From positions 2,272,001-2,336,000 of the forward strand of contig CAVUDW010000003.1 in the NCBI GenBank assembly GCA_963740355.1: DNA of 64,000 nucleotides, given 5' to 3'. The position numbers and the translations under genes are program-made. Below the pieces are notes generated by a model that had not been told where the DNA came from, searched no databases, and saw only the letters and a list, made by a program, of their open reading frames with translations. This document shows, piece by piece, positions 1 to 10,725 of the stretch. Each line of letters begins with the position of its first letter. Within the stretch, counting starts at the first letter, position 1. The stretch is from an uncultured Gemmatimonadaceae bacterium (GTDB lineage: Bacteria > Gemmatimonadota > Gemmatimonadetes > Gemmatimonadales > Gemmatimonadaceae).

Positions 1-1104
1 CGGAAAGACCGTCGGATCCAGCTCCGTGCCCTGCAACCCGCGCAGCAGGTCGAGGGCACGTGCCTGTGTCCACGCGTCACGGTACGGGCGCTTCGAACAG
101 AGCGCATCATACACGTCGCACACATGCACGATACGGCTGGCATAATGCGCATCCCGCTTGAACGACACGCTCGGGTACCCACCCTTGCCATTGAACCAGA
201 TGTGATGCTCGTACGCCACCGTCGATGCCAGTGCATTGCCACCGCCGCGCTGGCTGAGAATCTTCGCCCCTTCGACGGGGTGGGACTTCATCAGCGCAAA
301 TTCCTCGTCGGTCAGCTTGCCCGGCTTGATCATGACGTCGAGCGGGACCTTCACCTTGCCGATGTCGTGCAGCAGCGCGGCTGTTCCGATGGCGCGCACC
401 TTGCCACCGTCGAGGCCGAGCTCCTCGCACAACCCGATCGAGAGCATCGCCACGTTGCACGAGTGCGTGGTCGTGTACTGGTCGAAGGTCTTCAGCTCCA
501 GCAGCGGCAGCACGAGATGCTGTTCGCGATGAATCGTGACGGCCAAGCCATGCACGATCGCCTCGACTTCGGCCATCGGCACTGCACGTCCGGCAGACAC
601 TTCGTCGTGCACGTACTCGACGGCGTCGGCTTCCTCCGCGAGAGTGCTCAGCGACAGCGACTCGACCACCGATGCCAGAGTCTCGGTGACGTCCGACTCG
701 TTGGCTGATGCGACCGTCAGGGTGCCGATCCGGATGCCATGTGACGACCAGGCTGGCGACATCTTGCCACCCATCGTCAGTCGCACGCGGAGCGCCGCCA
801 GCAGGTTCTGCAGGTCGTCACCGTTCGGCGGCTGGCCGGCATCGATCTCGATGCGCTGGATGCCGACGGCCGCCAAGCGCGTGCTCCACTCCCAGCCGCG
901 CAACTCCGTCAGCACGCGGGTGCCGAGCACGATGTCGCCGTCGATCAGCGACAACTTCAGCGTGCCGTGGGCGCTGAGCATCTGCAGCATCGCGAGGTGC
1001 GTGCGTGCCAGCACGGCGTGCCGTGTGGGATGTTCATCGCCGTAGAGCGACATCGTGGCCAACGCCTGGCCAAGCGCATTGAGGAAGCGCAGGACTTCGT
1101 TCAT
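1..1104 (-). CDS. HD-GYP domain phosphodiesterase (3' end runs off window)
   Basis: Manual translation from ATG at 1104 (overlaps upstream stop, ATGA), in frame to position 1: MNEVLRFLNALGQALATMSLYGDEHP...LHDIGKVKVP...HPVEGAKIL...EHH...GGYP...DVYDALCSKRPYR. Not in ORF track because no stop falls in the window. Confidence 0.9.
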   Translation of the reverse strand, partial: MNEVLRFLNALGQALATMSLYGDEHPTRHAVLARTHLAMLQMLSAHGTLKLSLIDGDIVLGTRVLTELRGWEWSTRLAAVGIQRIEIDAGQPPNGDDLQNLLAALRVRLTMGGKMSPAWSSHGIRIGTLTVASANESDVTETLASVVESLSLSTLAEEADAVEYVHDEVSAGRAVPMAEVEAIVHGLAVTIHREQHLVLPLLELKTFDQYTTTHSCNVAMLSIGLCEELGLDGGKVRAIGTAALLHDIGKVKVPLDVMIKPGKLTDEEFALMKSHPVEGAKILSQRGGGNALASTVAYEHHIWFNGKGGYPSVSFKRDAHYASRIVHVCDVYDALCSKRPYRDAWTQARALDLLRGLQGTELDPTVFP

Positions 1105-3302
1105 TTCGTCACCGTCGGTCCATGATACGGCGTCGGCACGCGCCACAGAGCATCACCGCGGACGGCGTTGCCCAGCGAGAGCGCGTTCGCCACCAGCGGG
1201 TCGCCGGCGTAGTGTCGCTGCAGGGCATGCAGCGCCGTCGCGGTGAGGAGCGAGGGCTTGGCCAGCACCTGCCGGCGGAGGAACGTGCTGCGCGTGAGCA
1301 CCTTGGACAGCAGCCAGTCGCGCACCGACGGCGCACCCGACGTGGCCGCTGCTCGAATGGCGGTCACCTTGAGGTGCTCGGGATGTGCGCTGCCATCCAC
1401 GAACTTCACCAGGTGCCCCGTGGCCCCCAGCGAGAGGGAGTGCCGTCGTCCCTCATGCGGCACGTTGAGCCAGCGGTCGATGAAGTCGAGCACGCACGTC
1501 GTCACTCGCTCGTCGGGATCCTGCAACCCACGGCGAATCGCCGCGTCGCGCACCGCGTCGACATCCAGCAGCATGCGCACCGCTTCCACACGAACCATCG
1601 GGTTCTCGTGGTCGAGGAACTTGAGCATCGAGCCGACGTCGGTCGTGCCCTTCTGCCCGACGATCAGGTCGCGCAGCAGGCCAAGCAGGTTGCGAGCGAA
1701 GAACCAGGACGCGCCATCCAGCTGCGCGATCAGCGTGGCGCGCAGTGGTTCACCGAAACTCCGCAAGCGCTCGAGGATCAGTTCACGCGCCTCACGCGAC
1801 TCGGCCTTGGCCAGCGCCTCCAGCAGCGTGTCGGACATCGAAATGTCGATCGTGTTGAGCAGCGCGCGCGCCGCCGGCTCATCCACCGGATTGCCCTGCA
1901 GCACTCTGCGCACCGCATCCGGCGCCATGATTCTTGCCCGCAACGTGCGCGAACTCTCGGTCGATCCCGCCTCATCCAGCCATTGCAGCAGGACCGGCAG
2001 GTGCCCGGTCTCGACCACCGCGGTGGCGGCAGCGAGGGCATCATCACCCACGACATCGATTTCGAGCGCCATCTGCACCACGCGCGCGGCCTCGGTCAGT
2101 GCCGTGTCGTCATCGACGCTGAGCTGCCCAAGCGTGCTGACCGTCCCCTCGTGCGCCAGCGCAATGCGGTCCAGCAGCCGCACGTGCTCGTCCGGATTCG
2201 GATCGCTGAGCACCCAGCCTTCAACCAGTTCCTTCGCGGCGTTGCGGAAGGTGGCGTCGGTCAGGCCTTCGCGCTTGTTGACGGCATGCTGCGACAACTT
2301 GGTCATCAGGCGCAACAGGTGATGCGACAATTCCTGTTCCGTGGCGCGCGCCGCCACCTGCAGCCAGTTGCTCACGGCCAGCACTGGCAGCACGTCCACC
2401 ACCTGCAGCATGAATTCCTGCTGTTCGGCGCGCTGGCCCAGTCCACGAATGATCGGGGCGAACGACGAGTCACCAAGGCGCGAGATCACACTGTGCAACC
2501 GCTCACCGATACGGGCACGGAGTTCCGGCGGCGCCTGCGCCCCCTGTGCCGCAAGATTCATCAGCGCCACCGCGGTCCGTCGCGCAAACTCCGGCTGCGA
2601 CACGAGCGCCTGCAGCGACTCCGCGATGTCACTGACATGCTCTTCTTCGCGAAGCATGACGTTGAACGCCGACTCGTCATCGCCGGATGCGGCCACGACA
2701 TCCGAGCTGCGCGCCGTACCGAAGCCGTACTGCCGACCAGTGCCATCGGTCGCGATCTGGGCCAGGGCCTGCCAGAGCGACGCCAGTGATGCATCTGCCA
2801 CGCGGTCCGTGTCGCCCATCATCAGGGCATCGTACGCCAGGCGACCGATGATGATGCCGGTGATGTTCGGCGGCTCGACCATGGCCGCGTCTTCCTCGCC
2901 CTCGCGCGTCGGATCGAGTGCCAGCCACGCCAGCAACTGCTGCAGGCGATCGAGATCCACGCCGGCGTGCAGGGTCAGGGCGCCCACACCACGTCGATGG
3001 AGGCGCGCCCCCAGTTCTCGACTGATGTTGGCCGATCCGCTCAGTGGCTGCCCGTTGATGAGCAGTTCGTGCTTGGCGACGCCGATCGTGAAGGTGGAAC
3101 GGGTCGCCAACACGCCGTCGAGCGCGCTCACCGCCTCCTTCTCCGTGCTGACCACCATTGGGTGCGTGGCGCCGTACGTTCGGCGACGATTCAGCGCGAC
3201 GTGCAGCTTGGTCAGGAACGCCACGAGCATCGCCTCGCCATGCTGCGGGGCGACGCTGGATGTCGAACGGGGGGTGGGCGATCTCTGGGTGGTGGCCTGC
3301 AT
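1101..3302 (-). CDS. HEAT-repeat protein
   Basis: About 733 aa, helical; C-terminal HEAT-like repeats (WFFARNLLGLL, LDHENPMVRVEAVRML, LQDPDERV); translationally coupled to HD-GYP gene. Confidence 0.8.
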   Translation of the reverse strand: MQATTQRSPTPRSTSSVAPQHGEAMLVAFLTKLHVALNRRRTYGATHPMVVSTEKEAVSALDGVLATRSTFTIGVAKHELLINGQPLSGSANISRELGARLHRRGVGALTLHAGVDLDRLQQLLAWLALDPTREGEEDAAMVEPPNITGIIIGRLAYDALMMGDTDRVADASLASLWQALAQIATDGTGRQYGFGTARSSDVVAASGDDESAFNVMLREEEHVSDIAESLQALVSQPEFARRTAVALMNLAAQGAQAPPELRARIGERLHSVISRLGDSSFAPIIRGLGQRAEQQEFMLQVVDVLPVLAVSNWLQVAARATEQELSHHLLRLMTKLSQHAVNKREGLTDATFRNAAKELVEGWVLSDPNPDEHVRLLDRIALAHEGTVSTLGQLSVDDDTALTEAARVVQMALEIDVVGDDALAAATAVVETGHLPVLLQWLDEAGSTESSRTLRARIMAPDAVRRVLQGNPVDEPAARALLNTIDISMSDTLLEALAKAESREARELILERLRSFGEPLRATLIAQLDGASWFFARNLLGLLRDLIVGQKGTTDVGSMLKFLDHENPMVRVEAVRMLLDVDAVRDAAIRRGLQDPDERVTTCVLDFIDRWLNVPHEGRRHSLSLGATGHLVKFVDGSAHPEHLKVTAIRAAATSGAPSVRDWLLSKVLTRSTFLRRQVLAKPSLLTATALHALQRHYAGDPLVANALSLGNAVRGDALWRVPTPYHGPTVTK

Positions 3303-3398
3303 CAAATATCAGGACGGGTGAACCGGTACCCGGGTCACTGGAATTCGTCCTGAACTGTGACCGCGCGCTCCCGCCGCACGGCTATATGGCAGAGCTTG

Positions 3399-5042
3399 CT
3401 ATCTCGGGCGCATGAACCAGAGCACCGGGGGCACTGGCTTGTCGATCCGCGGACGCAAGCGACCGTTCGCCACCGTCCACAACGTCACGTACACCGCGCG
3501 GGCCACCGCCTCGAACTTGACCGGATCGAGCTTGGAGACCTCATCCGTTTGCGCGTGATAGTCCTCGTGCAAGCCGGTGAAGAACTCCATGTAGGGAATC
3601 CCTTGCTCGATGTACGGCGCCGCATCGGTGCGCGGATAGAAAAACTCGTGCCGCGGATCTTCGTAGCGCCGATCGAAGTGGATGTAGCCGTAGTCCCGCG
3701 ACACCGTGGCCAATGCCGAATCGAGCACGGTGCTCAGCACCCCAGGCCCCGAGACGAACACTTCACCCGGCCCACTCAGCTCTCCCTGGCCCGCGATGTT
3801 GGTGCCGGGCTCCTTCGTGCGACCGATCATGTCGACCGTGAAATGCGCCACGACCTGTTTCGCGAGAGGGCCGTAGGCCAGGAATCGTGTGCCCCAGAGT
3901 CCGGATTCCTCCCCTGAATCCCACACCAGCAGGACCGAGCGTTTCGGCCGCGGCCCCGAGAGCAGCGCCCGCGCGATGCTCAGGTTCCCAGCCGATCCGG
4001 TCCCGTTGTCATCTGCCGCGTTGTAGATCGAGTCGCCACTCGGCGTCACCGCGCGACCCACCGCGCCATCGAGGTGCGTCGAGACGGTGATCCACTCGCG
4101 GCGCAGCACCGGGTCGGCCCCTTCGACCAGACCAACCACATTGTAGGCGCGGCGATGTTCGCTGGTGCCGGCGAAATGCACGAGTAGCTCTCGGCGCGCC
4201 AGCGGGAATGACGCGGGCGTCGTCTCGAGGCTGTCCGCCGCGAGGATCTCGGCCGCGCTCGTGCGCTCGCCGGCCAGCAGCGCGGCGACCGCCGCTCGCG
4301 TGAGCATCACCACCGGAATCGGAAACGACGCGTATGCGCGGCCAACGGGTGGGCTCAACTCGCGCGATCGTGGGGACTGCGCCCGCAGCTCATTCCACGC
4401 CATCTCATCGGCGGCCGAGGCGATCACCAGCAGGCCGGCGGCACCACGCGATCGCGCTTCGTCCTGCACCGTCGTGTAATCCACGCCGTACGTGCCGAGT
4501 GTCTCCGACAGCGCGGCGCTCGGTCGACGCCGACCACTGTGCACCAGCAGCCACTTCCCCCGCACGTCGAGGCCGCCGTACGCATCGAGGCCACGCTTCG
4601 GCGCTCGCAGTCCGTTGCCGACGTACACCACATCACCACGGATATCGCCAGGCACGAGGAACGACGGCACCACGAACTCCTCGCCCCAGCGCATCCGTGC
4701 CGTCCCGATCGACAGCGACGTTTCGGCAGTATCGAGCATCGAACTGACCACGTCATAGTGCTGGAAGTACGAACCGGCGTCACCCATCGGCGTCACGCCG
4801 AGTAGGGTGAGACGTTGCACCACGTACGCGGCGGCCGTGTCGAGGCCGGGCGATGGCGTGCTTCGTCCCTTCAGTGCATCCGACGCGATGAACGACACAT
4901 CGCGCATCAGGTCTGCCGCCACGATGCCTTCTGCCGCGGCCCGCACACGCGGATTGGGATTCGGCTGAGCCACCAGCGGGGCCACCAGCGGTGACATCGC
5001 GAGCAGCAGTGCTGCCACCCAATACGCGGTGCGGGAAACCAT
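3399..5042 (-). CDS. M28 family metallopeptidase, secreted
   Basis: Signal peptide; SDALKGR, HLD, GDSIYNAADDNGTG, GEESGLWG, DMIGR, RTD, HEDYH motifs. Start placed at ATG 5042. Confidence 0.9.
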   Translation of the reverse strand: MVSRTAYWVAALLLAMSPLVAPLVAQPNPNPRVRAAAEGIVAADLMRDVSFIASDALKGRSTPSPGLDTAAAYVVQRLTLLGVTPMGDAGSYFQHYDVVSSMLDTAETSLSIGTARMRWGEEFVVPSFLVPGDIRGDVVYVGNGLRAPKRGLDAYGGLDVRGKWLLVHSGRRRPSAALSETLGTYGVDYTTVQDEARSRGAAGLLVIASAADEMAWNELRAQSPRSRELSPPVGRAYASFPIPVVMLTRAAVAALLAGERTSAAEILAADSLETTPASFPLARRELLVHFAGTSEHRRAYNVVGLVEGADPVLRREWITVSTHLDGAVGRAVTPSGDSIYNAADDNGTGSAGNLSIARALLSGPRPKRSVLLVWDSGEESGLWGTRFLAYGPLAKQVVAHFTVDMIGRTKEPGTNIAGQGELSGPGEVFVSGPGVLSTVLDSALATVSRDYGYIHFDRRYEDPRHEFFYPRTDAAPYIEQGIPYMEFFTGLHEDYHAQTDEVSKLDPVKFEAVARAVYVTLWTVANGRLRPRIDKPVPPVLWFMRPR

Positions 5043-5073
5043 TTGACGCTCCGTCAGGCGAGCTGGATACGAC

Positions 5074-6975
5074 TCAGGCGACACTCTCCGACGTCGACGC
5101 CGGAACCGTCTTGATCATGCCATCGCGCACCAGATTCGCCAGCAGGACGTCGATGATCGAGCCACTCGACCCTCCGCTGCCACTACCACCGCTGACGAGG
5201 ATCTCCGGCACCAGCTTGATCTTGTTCTCGGCCAGCGCGCGCCCGATTTCTATCATCGCGAAGTTCCCCTGCCCAACGGCGTCGGTCTTCTTCTGGATCA
5301 CCTCGGCCTCGGCGTTGCCGACCGCCAGGGTCTTTGCAGCCTGGGCATCACCAACCGCCTTCAGCACCATCGCGTCGGCTTCGGCATTGAGCGTCTTCGC
5401 CCGTGCGTCACCCTCGGCGTTCAGTGTCTTGGCTTTTGCGTCGCCCTCGGCGTTGAGCGTCTTCGATCGCAGGTCACCCTCCGCCTTCTTCACCGTGGCT
5501 TGTGCCGCGAATTCAGCGATCGTGACGCTCCGCTCGGCGTCCACCACACGGGCCTGTGTATCGGCGAGGGCGCGCGCCTGCTGCAATTCCTTGCGCGTGT
5601 CTTCTGCCATGCGCTCGGTGTCGTACGTGATCTTCTGTTGCTCAGCGAGCTTGCGATCGGTGAGCGTCTTCATGAGGTCTGGCGGCGGCGTGATGTCACC
5701 GATCAGCGTGTCGACGGCACCGACATTGTACTCCTGCAACGCCTCGCCAATGCGGGCCTTGGCATCCCCCTGCCGCTGCTGTCGTCCCTTGAGGAAGTCG
5801 ATCACATCCGACCCCTGCGCGGCATTCCGGAAGTAGTTGCCGATGGTCGGCTCCAGCACCTGCGTCACGAGGTTCATCAGGTTGCCGAAACGCGCGATCA
5901 CCTTCGGCGCGTCGGTGCGCGGGATGTGGATGATCTGGCTCACGTCGAGGTTGAACGTGAAACCGTCGGACGAGCGCACGGTGATGGTCGACAGGTTCTT
6001 GTCGAGATTGTGCGATTCCGTCTTGCCGGTCGCCCAGTTGAGCACGACGTTGGCCGTCGGCACGATCTCGACCTTGTGCGTGTACGGGTTGATCGGATAC
6101 TTGCCCGGGTCGAGCGGCTCGACGCAGACACCCTTCTGCCCGCGCGTCACCAGGTTGCCGTGCTTGAACGAGTCGCCGGTCACGTCCACACCAGCGTCAC
6201 CGACATAGGAAATCACGACCCCGACATTCGCAATCGGGACCGTCGTCATCTCCTTGATCTCGACCGTCGCGAAGCGTGGGTTGATGAAATAGCGTCCGGC
6301 GAGAATCACCTGCTCCTGCAGGCCCTTGAATCCACCGCGATCGACGAAGCCCTGCCCATCCTGAAAGAGGTTGTGCCCGTCGATCTCCTTGCCGGCAATC
6401 TCGCCAGTCCGCAGCGGTTCACCTTCGCGCGTGGTGACGATGCCGACCATGTTGTCCTCGATCTCGGTCACTGCCTCCTGCACGACCGAGAAGAGCGCCG
6501 TGTTGATGCGATAGGTACCTGGTGGAATGATCGTGATCTGCGGACCACGCTCGCCACCGTTTTCGAGGAAGGCGCGGGCGTTCTGGAACGAGTCGCATTC
6601 CACGAAGCGCGCCAGCACGCGCCCCGCCGACAGCGGCTTGCCGTCGCGCGACTCGACGATGCCGATCGAGCCCTCGTCGATGGTGATGAATGGCCGGAGC
6701 TGCACTTCGTATTGCCATGGCCAGTAACCGAACTTCACGCCTGGCGCGAGGGTGTCGGCCTGGATGCCGGCTTCGCCCTTCAGTGCCACGAGGCGGCCGT
6801 CAGGAAGCGACTTGTCGCTGCCAATCAGCTTCCACTTCTTGTTGACGATGCCAACGGCGTCCTGTCGAATGATGACGACGCCAAAGAGCCGGAATGTCCA
6901 GCGATAAAAGACCACGAACAACACACCGAAAACGACCCACCAGAACGACGCGAGAACGTCAAGGATCAGTGGCAT
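5074..6975 (-). CDS. SPFH / flotillin-like membrane protein
   Basis: N-terminal TM helix, repeated I.PGxY.IN motifs, SPFH core (ITVRSSDGFTFNLDVSQIIHI), A/E-rich coiled-coil tail. Confidence 0.88.
   Translation of the reverse strand: MPLILDVLASFWWVVFGVLFVVFYRWTFRLFGVVIIRQDAVGIVNKKWKLIGSDKSLPDGRLVALKGEAGIQADTLAPGVKFGYWPWQYEVQLRPFITIDEGSIGIVESRDGKPLSAGRVLARFVECDSFQNARAFLENGGERGPQITIIPPGTYRINTALFSVVQEAVTEIEDNMVGIVTTREGEPLRTGEIAGKEIDGHNLFQDGQGFVDRGGFKGLQEQVILAGRYFINPRFATVEIKEMTTVPIANVGVVISYVGDAGVDVTGDSFKHGNLVTRGQKGVCVEPLDPGKYPINPYTHKVEIVPTANVVLNWATGKTESHNLDKNLSTITVRSSDGFTFNLDVSQIIHIPRTDAPKVIARFGNLMNLVTQVLEPTIGNYFRNAAQGSDVIDFLKGRQQRQGDAKARIGEALQEYNVGAVDTLIGDITPPPDLMKTLTDRKLAEQQKITYDTERMAEDTRKELQQARALADTQARVVDAERSVTIAEFAAQATVKKAEGDLRSKTLNAEGDAKAKTLNAEGDARAKTLNAEADAMVLKAVGDAQAAKTLAVGNAEAEVIQKKTDAVGQGNFAMIEIGRALAENKIKLVPEILVSGGSGSGGSSGSIIDVLLANLVRDGMIKTVPASTSESVA
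5371..5485 (-). repeat. Intragenic 33-bp (11-aa) tandem repeat in the SPFH tail
   Basis: AEGDLRSKTLN / AEGDAKAKTLN / AEGDARAKTLN / AEADA. Confidence 0.75.
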
Positions 6976-7079
6976 GGAGACGGTTGAAGTTAGAGATGCA
7001 CTACGTCTCTAAAACTAATCGATCCGGGCCAAAGTTTCAGGTTGCGCCTTGTGCGACACGATGCGCGCCAGGCCCCGAT

Positions 7080-8681
7080 TCACCGGCGCCGCAACGCCCG
7101 TCCCGCCATCGCTCCCGTCAACTCGCCGTCGCGCACCGCCGCCGTCCCGTTCACGATCACCCAGCGCATACCCGTCGCCAGCTTCTTCGGCGCGAGATAG
7201 GTCGCCATGTCGCGAATCGTGCGCGGATCGAACAGGATCAGGTCCGCAAATGCGCCGGCGCGCAGCACGCCACGATCGACCAGCCCATACGTGGCGGCCA
7301 CCTGCGCCGACGATGCCTGCACCATTCGATTCATCGTTATCACATGGTCCGTCAGCACGTACTTCCGGATCTTTCGCGGATACGTGCCATACAGGCGCGG
7401 ATGGCCTTCCGACCCGTCCGAACTGGTCATCACGAACGGATCACGCATGAAGGTGGCGATGTCCCGTTCGGTCATGTTGAACGACGCCACACCCATGTCG
7501 CCGTGGCTGCGGATGATGCCCAGCGCCGCCTCCACCGCCGACAGCTTCGCCGCCGCCGCAACCTGCTTCAGCGTCCGACCCACATACCGCTGCGCACCGG
7601 CATTGCCCGACGTCAGCAGGATGGTGCTGTCGCCGCCGCGACGACGCAGGTTCTCGCGCATCGCCTCCAGCATTTTCGCACGTAGCTCGCCATCCGCGAT
7701 CCGCGCCAGCAACGAGTCGCGCCCACCCGCCTCGGCCCACCGGGGAAGCAATGCGGCGGTGAGAGCCGTGCCACTCGCCGTCCACGGATACTGGTCTGCC
7801 GTCACCTTGCAGCCACGTACCCGCGCCGCGCGCATGACGCCCAGCACACTGTCGGCCTTCCCCCACACATCGACGCCGAGGGCCTTGATGTGACCGATGT
7901 TCGTGGTGAGGCCGGACTCGCAACCGATACGGATCGCCTCGCGCACGGAATTCAGCAATCCGATGGAGTACGAGCTTTCGTCACGCTGGTGGGTGTCGTA
8001 CACGCCGCCGAACGGCTTGGCGGCCGACACGACGGCGATCACCTCGTCGGTGGTGGCGTAACTCTGTGGCGCGTAGAACAGCCCCGAACCGACACCGTAC
8101 GCCCCTTCGCGCATCGCTTGCGTGATCAGCGCGCGCATCGAGTCGATCTGGGCCGGTGTCGCGGCGGCTGACGACTTCCCCATCACCTGTTCGCGCACCG
8201 TCCCGAAGCCGGTCAGCGCGTAGGTATTGGTGCCAATGCCGGCCTGCTCTGATTCTGTCAACGTGCGTGCAACATCCAGCGGACCGCGCCCATCGGCGCC
8301 GAGAACGACGGTGGTGATACCCTGCATCAGCGAGCTGGCGTTCTGCCGCGCCGTGGCGTCGAGCTTCGGCAGCCCCTCGTAGGCATGTGTGTGCGGGTCG
8401 ATGAATCCCGGTGCCGCGATGAGACCACGCCCTTCGATCTGCGACAGCGCCTCGAGGCCAGCTGGCGCCGGTCCGACGAAGGCGATCCGATCGCCGCGGA
8501 TGCCGATGTCGGTCACGCGCGCACGCCCGCCCGAACCGTCGTACACCGTGGCACCTGTGATCAACACATCCACTGGCTCCGGCGCCAGGCGCGACGCAGG
8601 GACGGGTGGCAGTACCGCCGCTGCGCCCACTCCGAGCGCGAGGAGGGTTCGGCGCGACTGGCTGACGAGGCGAAGAGGCAT
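7080..8681 (-). CDS. N-acyl-D-amino-acid deacylase family amidohydrolase
   Basis: APGFIDPHTH, QGITTVVLG, GLFYAP, HQRDES, DQYPWTAS, SDG..GHPRLYGTYPR. Confidence 0.9.
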   Translation of the reverse strand: MPLRLVSQSRRTLLALGVGAAAVLPPVPASRLAPEPVDVLITGATVYDGSGGRARVTDIGIRGDRIAFVGPAPAGLEALSQIEGRGLIAAPGFIDPHTHAYEGLPKLDATARQNASSLMQGITTVVLGADGRGPLDVARTLTESEQAGIGTNTYALTGFGTVREQVMGKSSAAATPAQIDSMRALITQAMREGAYGVGSGLFYAPQSYATTDEVIAVVSAAKPFGGVYDTHQRDESSYSIGLLNSVREAIRIGCESGLTTNIGHIKALGVDVWGKADSVLGVMRAARVRGCKVTADQYPWTASGTALTAALLPRWAEAGGRDSLLARIADGELRAKMLEAMRENLRRRGGDSTILLTSGNAGAQRYVGRTLKQVAAAAKLSAVEAALGIIRSHGDMGVASFNMTERDIATFMRDPFVMTSSDGSEGHPRLYGTYPRKIRKYVLTDHVITMNRMVQASSAQVAATYGLVDRGVLRAGAFADLILFDPRTIRDMATYLAPKKLATGMRWVIVNGTAAVRDGELTGAMAGRALRRR

Positions 8682-8754
8682 GCGCAGAAGTTACAGTACG
8701 CTGAGCCAAACTCCGCTCTCCCCCTCGTGCCGATCCTGTATGCGCTGCCACACG

Positions 8755-9906
8755 ATGCTCCGACTCGTCCCCCTCGTACTTCTGCTACTGACCACACCGG
8801 CGCGTGCGCAGGATCGACCGCGCGCACGCGATCTCGGGATTGTCGTGGGGACGTTTTCGCCCGGGCCGAACAACGCGATCACCGACGTGGCGGGGGTGCG
8901 GGTCGGCCATCGCACGCTCATTCGTGGCGACAGCGTCCGCACTGGCGTGACGGTTGTCTTTCCGCACTCGGGCAACCCGTTCGAGAGTCGGGTGCCGGCC
9001 GCCGCGGTGGTCGGCAACGGCTTCGGCAAGTTCGTCGGCTACACACAAGTCACCGAGCTCGGTGAACTGGAAACACCGATCGCGCTCACCTGCACGCTGT
9101 GCGTGTGGCGCGTGGCCGAAGGCATGGCGAAGTGGATGCTGGAGCAGCCACGGATGCAGGGCGTCCGATCGATCAACCCGGTGGTCGGCGAAACCAACGA
9201 CGGCTGGGCACTGAACAACATCCGGTCGATTCCCGTGACGGAGTCGGATGTCCGCGCCGCGCTCGATGCCGCCACCACCGGCCCTGTGGCGGAGGGCGCC
9301 GTCGGTGCAGGCACTGGTACCGTGGCATTCGAGTGGAAAGGCGGCATCGGCACCAGCTCGCGCGTCATTCCGGGTGGACCATGGACCGTCGGCGTGCTGG
9401 TGCAGTCGAACTTCGGAAATGGGCGCGACCTGCTGATCAATGGCGCACCTGTCGGTCGTGAACTCGGTCGCAATGGTGTGAAGCCCAATCGTGGGCAGGG
9501 CGCCAGCGGCTCGATCGTAGTGATCGTGGCCACCGACGCCCCACTCTCCGATCGCAACCTGCGGCGCCTCGCCTCGCGCGCCCTGCTCGGCATCGGCCGC
9601 ACTGGTGGATATGCGGGCAACGGCTCGGGCGACTACGTCATCGCCTTTTCCACCAATCCATCCGTCCGTCGCAACGGTCGCATCGGATCCAGCGGTACGC
9701 CGCCAGACACGATCCAGTCCGCAGAACTCGGCAACGAGCGCGCGTCGATGCTCTTCGAGCCCACGGTGGACGCGACGGTGGAGGCGATCTACAACTCGTT
9801 GTTTCGCGCCACGACCATCAAGGGCGCCTGGTCCACGGTGGAAGCGATTCCGATTGATGAAGTGCGCGCGATCCTGGCCAAATATGGGATCGGTGTCCGG
9901 CGATAG
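8755..9906 (+). CDS. DmpA-like aminopeptidase (peptidase S58/P1)
   Basis: RPRARDLGI, NAITDVAGVRVGH, NGFGK, GAVGAGTG, KGGIGTSSR, GSIVVIVATDAPL, GSGD; signal peptide from ATG 8755. Confidence 0.92.
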   Translation: MLRLVPLVLLLLTTPARAQDRPRARDLGIVVGTFSPGPNNAITDVAGVRVGHRTLIRGDSVRTGVTVVFPHSGNPFESRVPAAAVVGNGFGKFVGYTQVTELGELETPIALTCTLCVWRVAEGMAKWMLEQPRMQGVRSINPVVGETNDGWALNNIRSIPVTESDVRAALDAATTGPVAEGAVGAGTGTVAFEWKGGIGTSSRVIPGGPWTVGVLVQSNFGNGRDLLINGAPVGRELGRNGVKPNRGQGASGSIVVIVATDAPLSDRNLRRLASRALLGIGRTGGYAGNGSGDYVIAFSTNPSVRRNGRIGSSGTPPDTIQSAELGNERASMLFEPTVDATVEAIYNSLFRATTIKGAWSTVEAIPIDEVRAILAKYGIGVRR

Positions 9907-9929
9907 CGGTCGCCGCCTCGCGCAGCACG

Positions 9930-10721
9930 TCAGACGGCAATGCGGGTGCCTTCGCCAATCGGTAGCCAGCGAAGGCAGTCACGCAGCGCCGCCGGCGCGG
10001 CGACGAAGGCGCGCTCCACCGCGTCGCGATGCTGCTGAAAATGGTGCCACCCTTCGTAGTGCACTGGCAGCAGCGTGGTTGGGTGCATCAGCTCCGCCAC
10101 GCGCACCGCATCGTCGGCAGTCATGGTATACCGGAGCGGGCCGCTGATGGGAAACTGCACGCCGCCGAGGTGCAGGAGCACCGTACCGACCTGCACGCGC
10201 TCCGCCACCTGGCGCACGCCGTCGTACCAGACGGTATCGCCAGAAATCCAGAGCGCGCCATGCTCCTGGCCGTCCCAGCGCAGAGCAAAGCCGATCACGT
10301 CACCCACGATTGGAGCACTCAGCGGTGGGCCGTGGCGGCAGGGTGTCGCCGTGATCTCCAGCGTGGGGCGATCACCGTGTGAGAGTCGCGTGCTGCTCCA
10401 CGGCGCGAGCCCCCGTGCGCTGCCACCCAGTCGCTCCGCCCCCACCACCGTCGTGAGCACGACGCCGGCCCGCGGTAGCATTGCGCGGCCGGCGTCGTCG
10501 AGATTATCCGCATGCTGGTCGTGACTCAGCAGCACGGCGTCGATCGTCGGAAGATCGCGCACCGAAATCGCCGGCCCCGCGGTCTTGCGTGACCCGGTAC
10601 CGTACCCGAAACCGTATTTCCGACCCGGTGGATCGAACGTCGGGTCGGTCAACAGGCACCAACCATCGACTTCGATCAGTACTGTCGGACCGCCAATGTG
10701 CGTGATGCGAATGTCGCTCAA
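9930..10721 (-). CDS. MBL-fold metallo-hydrolase
   Basis: ITHIGGPT, LTDPTFD, LLSHDQHADNLD, SGDT, PVHYEGW; start probably TTG 10721. Confidence 0.88.
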   Translation of the reverse strand: MSDIRITHIGGPTVLIEVDGWCLLTDPTFDPPGRKYGFGYGTGSRKTAGPAISVRDLPTIDAVLLSHDQHADNLDDAGRAMLPRAGVVLTTVVGAERLGGSARGLAPWSSTRLSHGDRPTLEITATPCRHGPPLSAPIVGDVIGFALRWDGQEHGALWISGDTVWYDGVRQVAERVQVGTVLLHLGGVQFPISGPLRYTMTADDAVRVAELMHPTTLLPVHYEGWHHFQQHRDAVERAFVAAPAALRDCLRWLPIGEGTRIAV

Positions 10722-10725
10722 TGCG

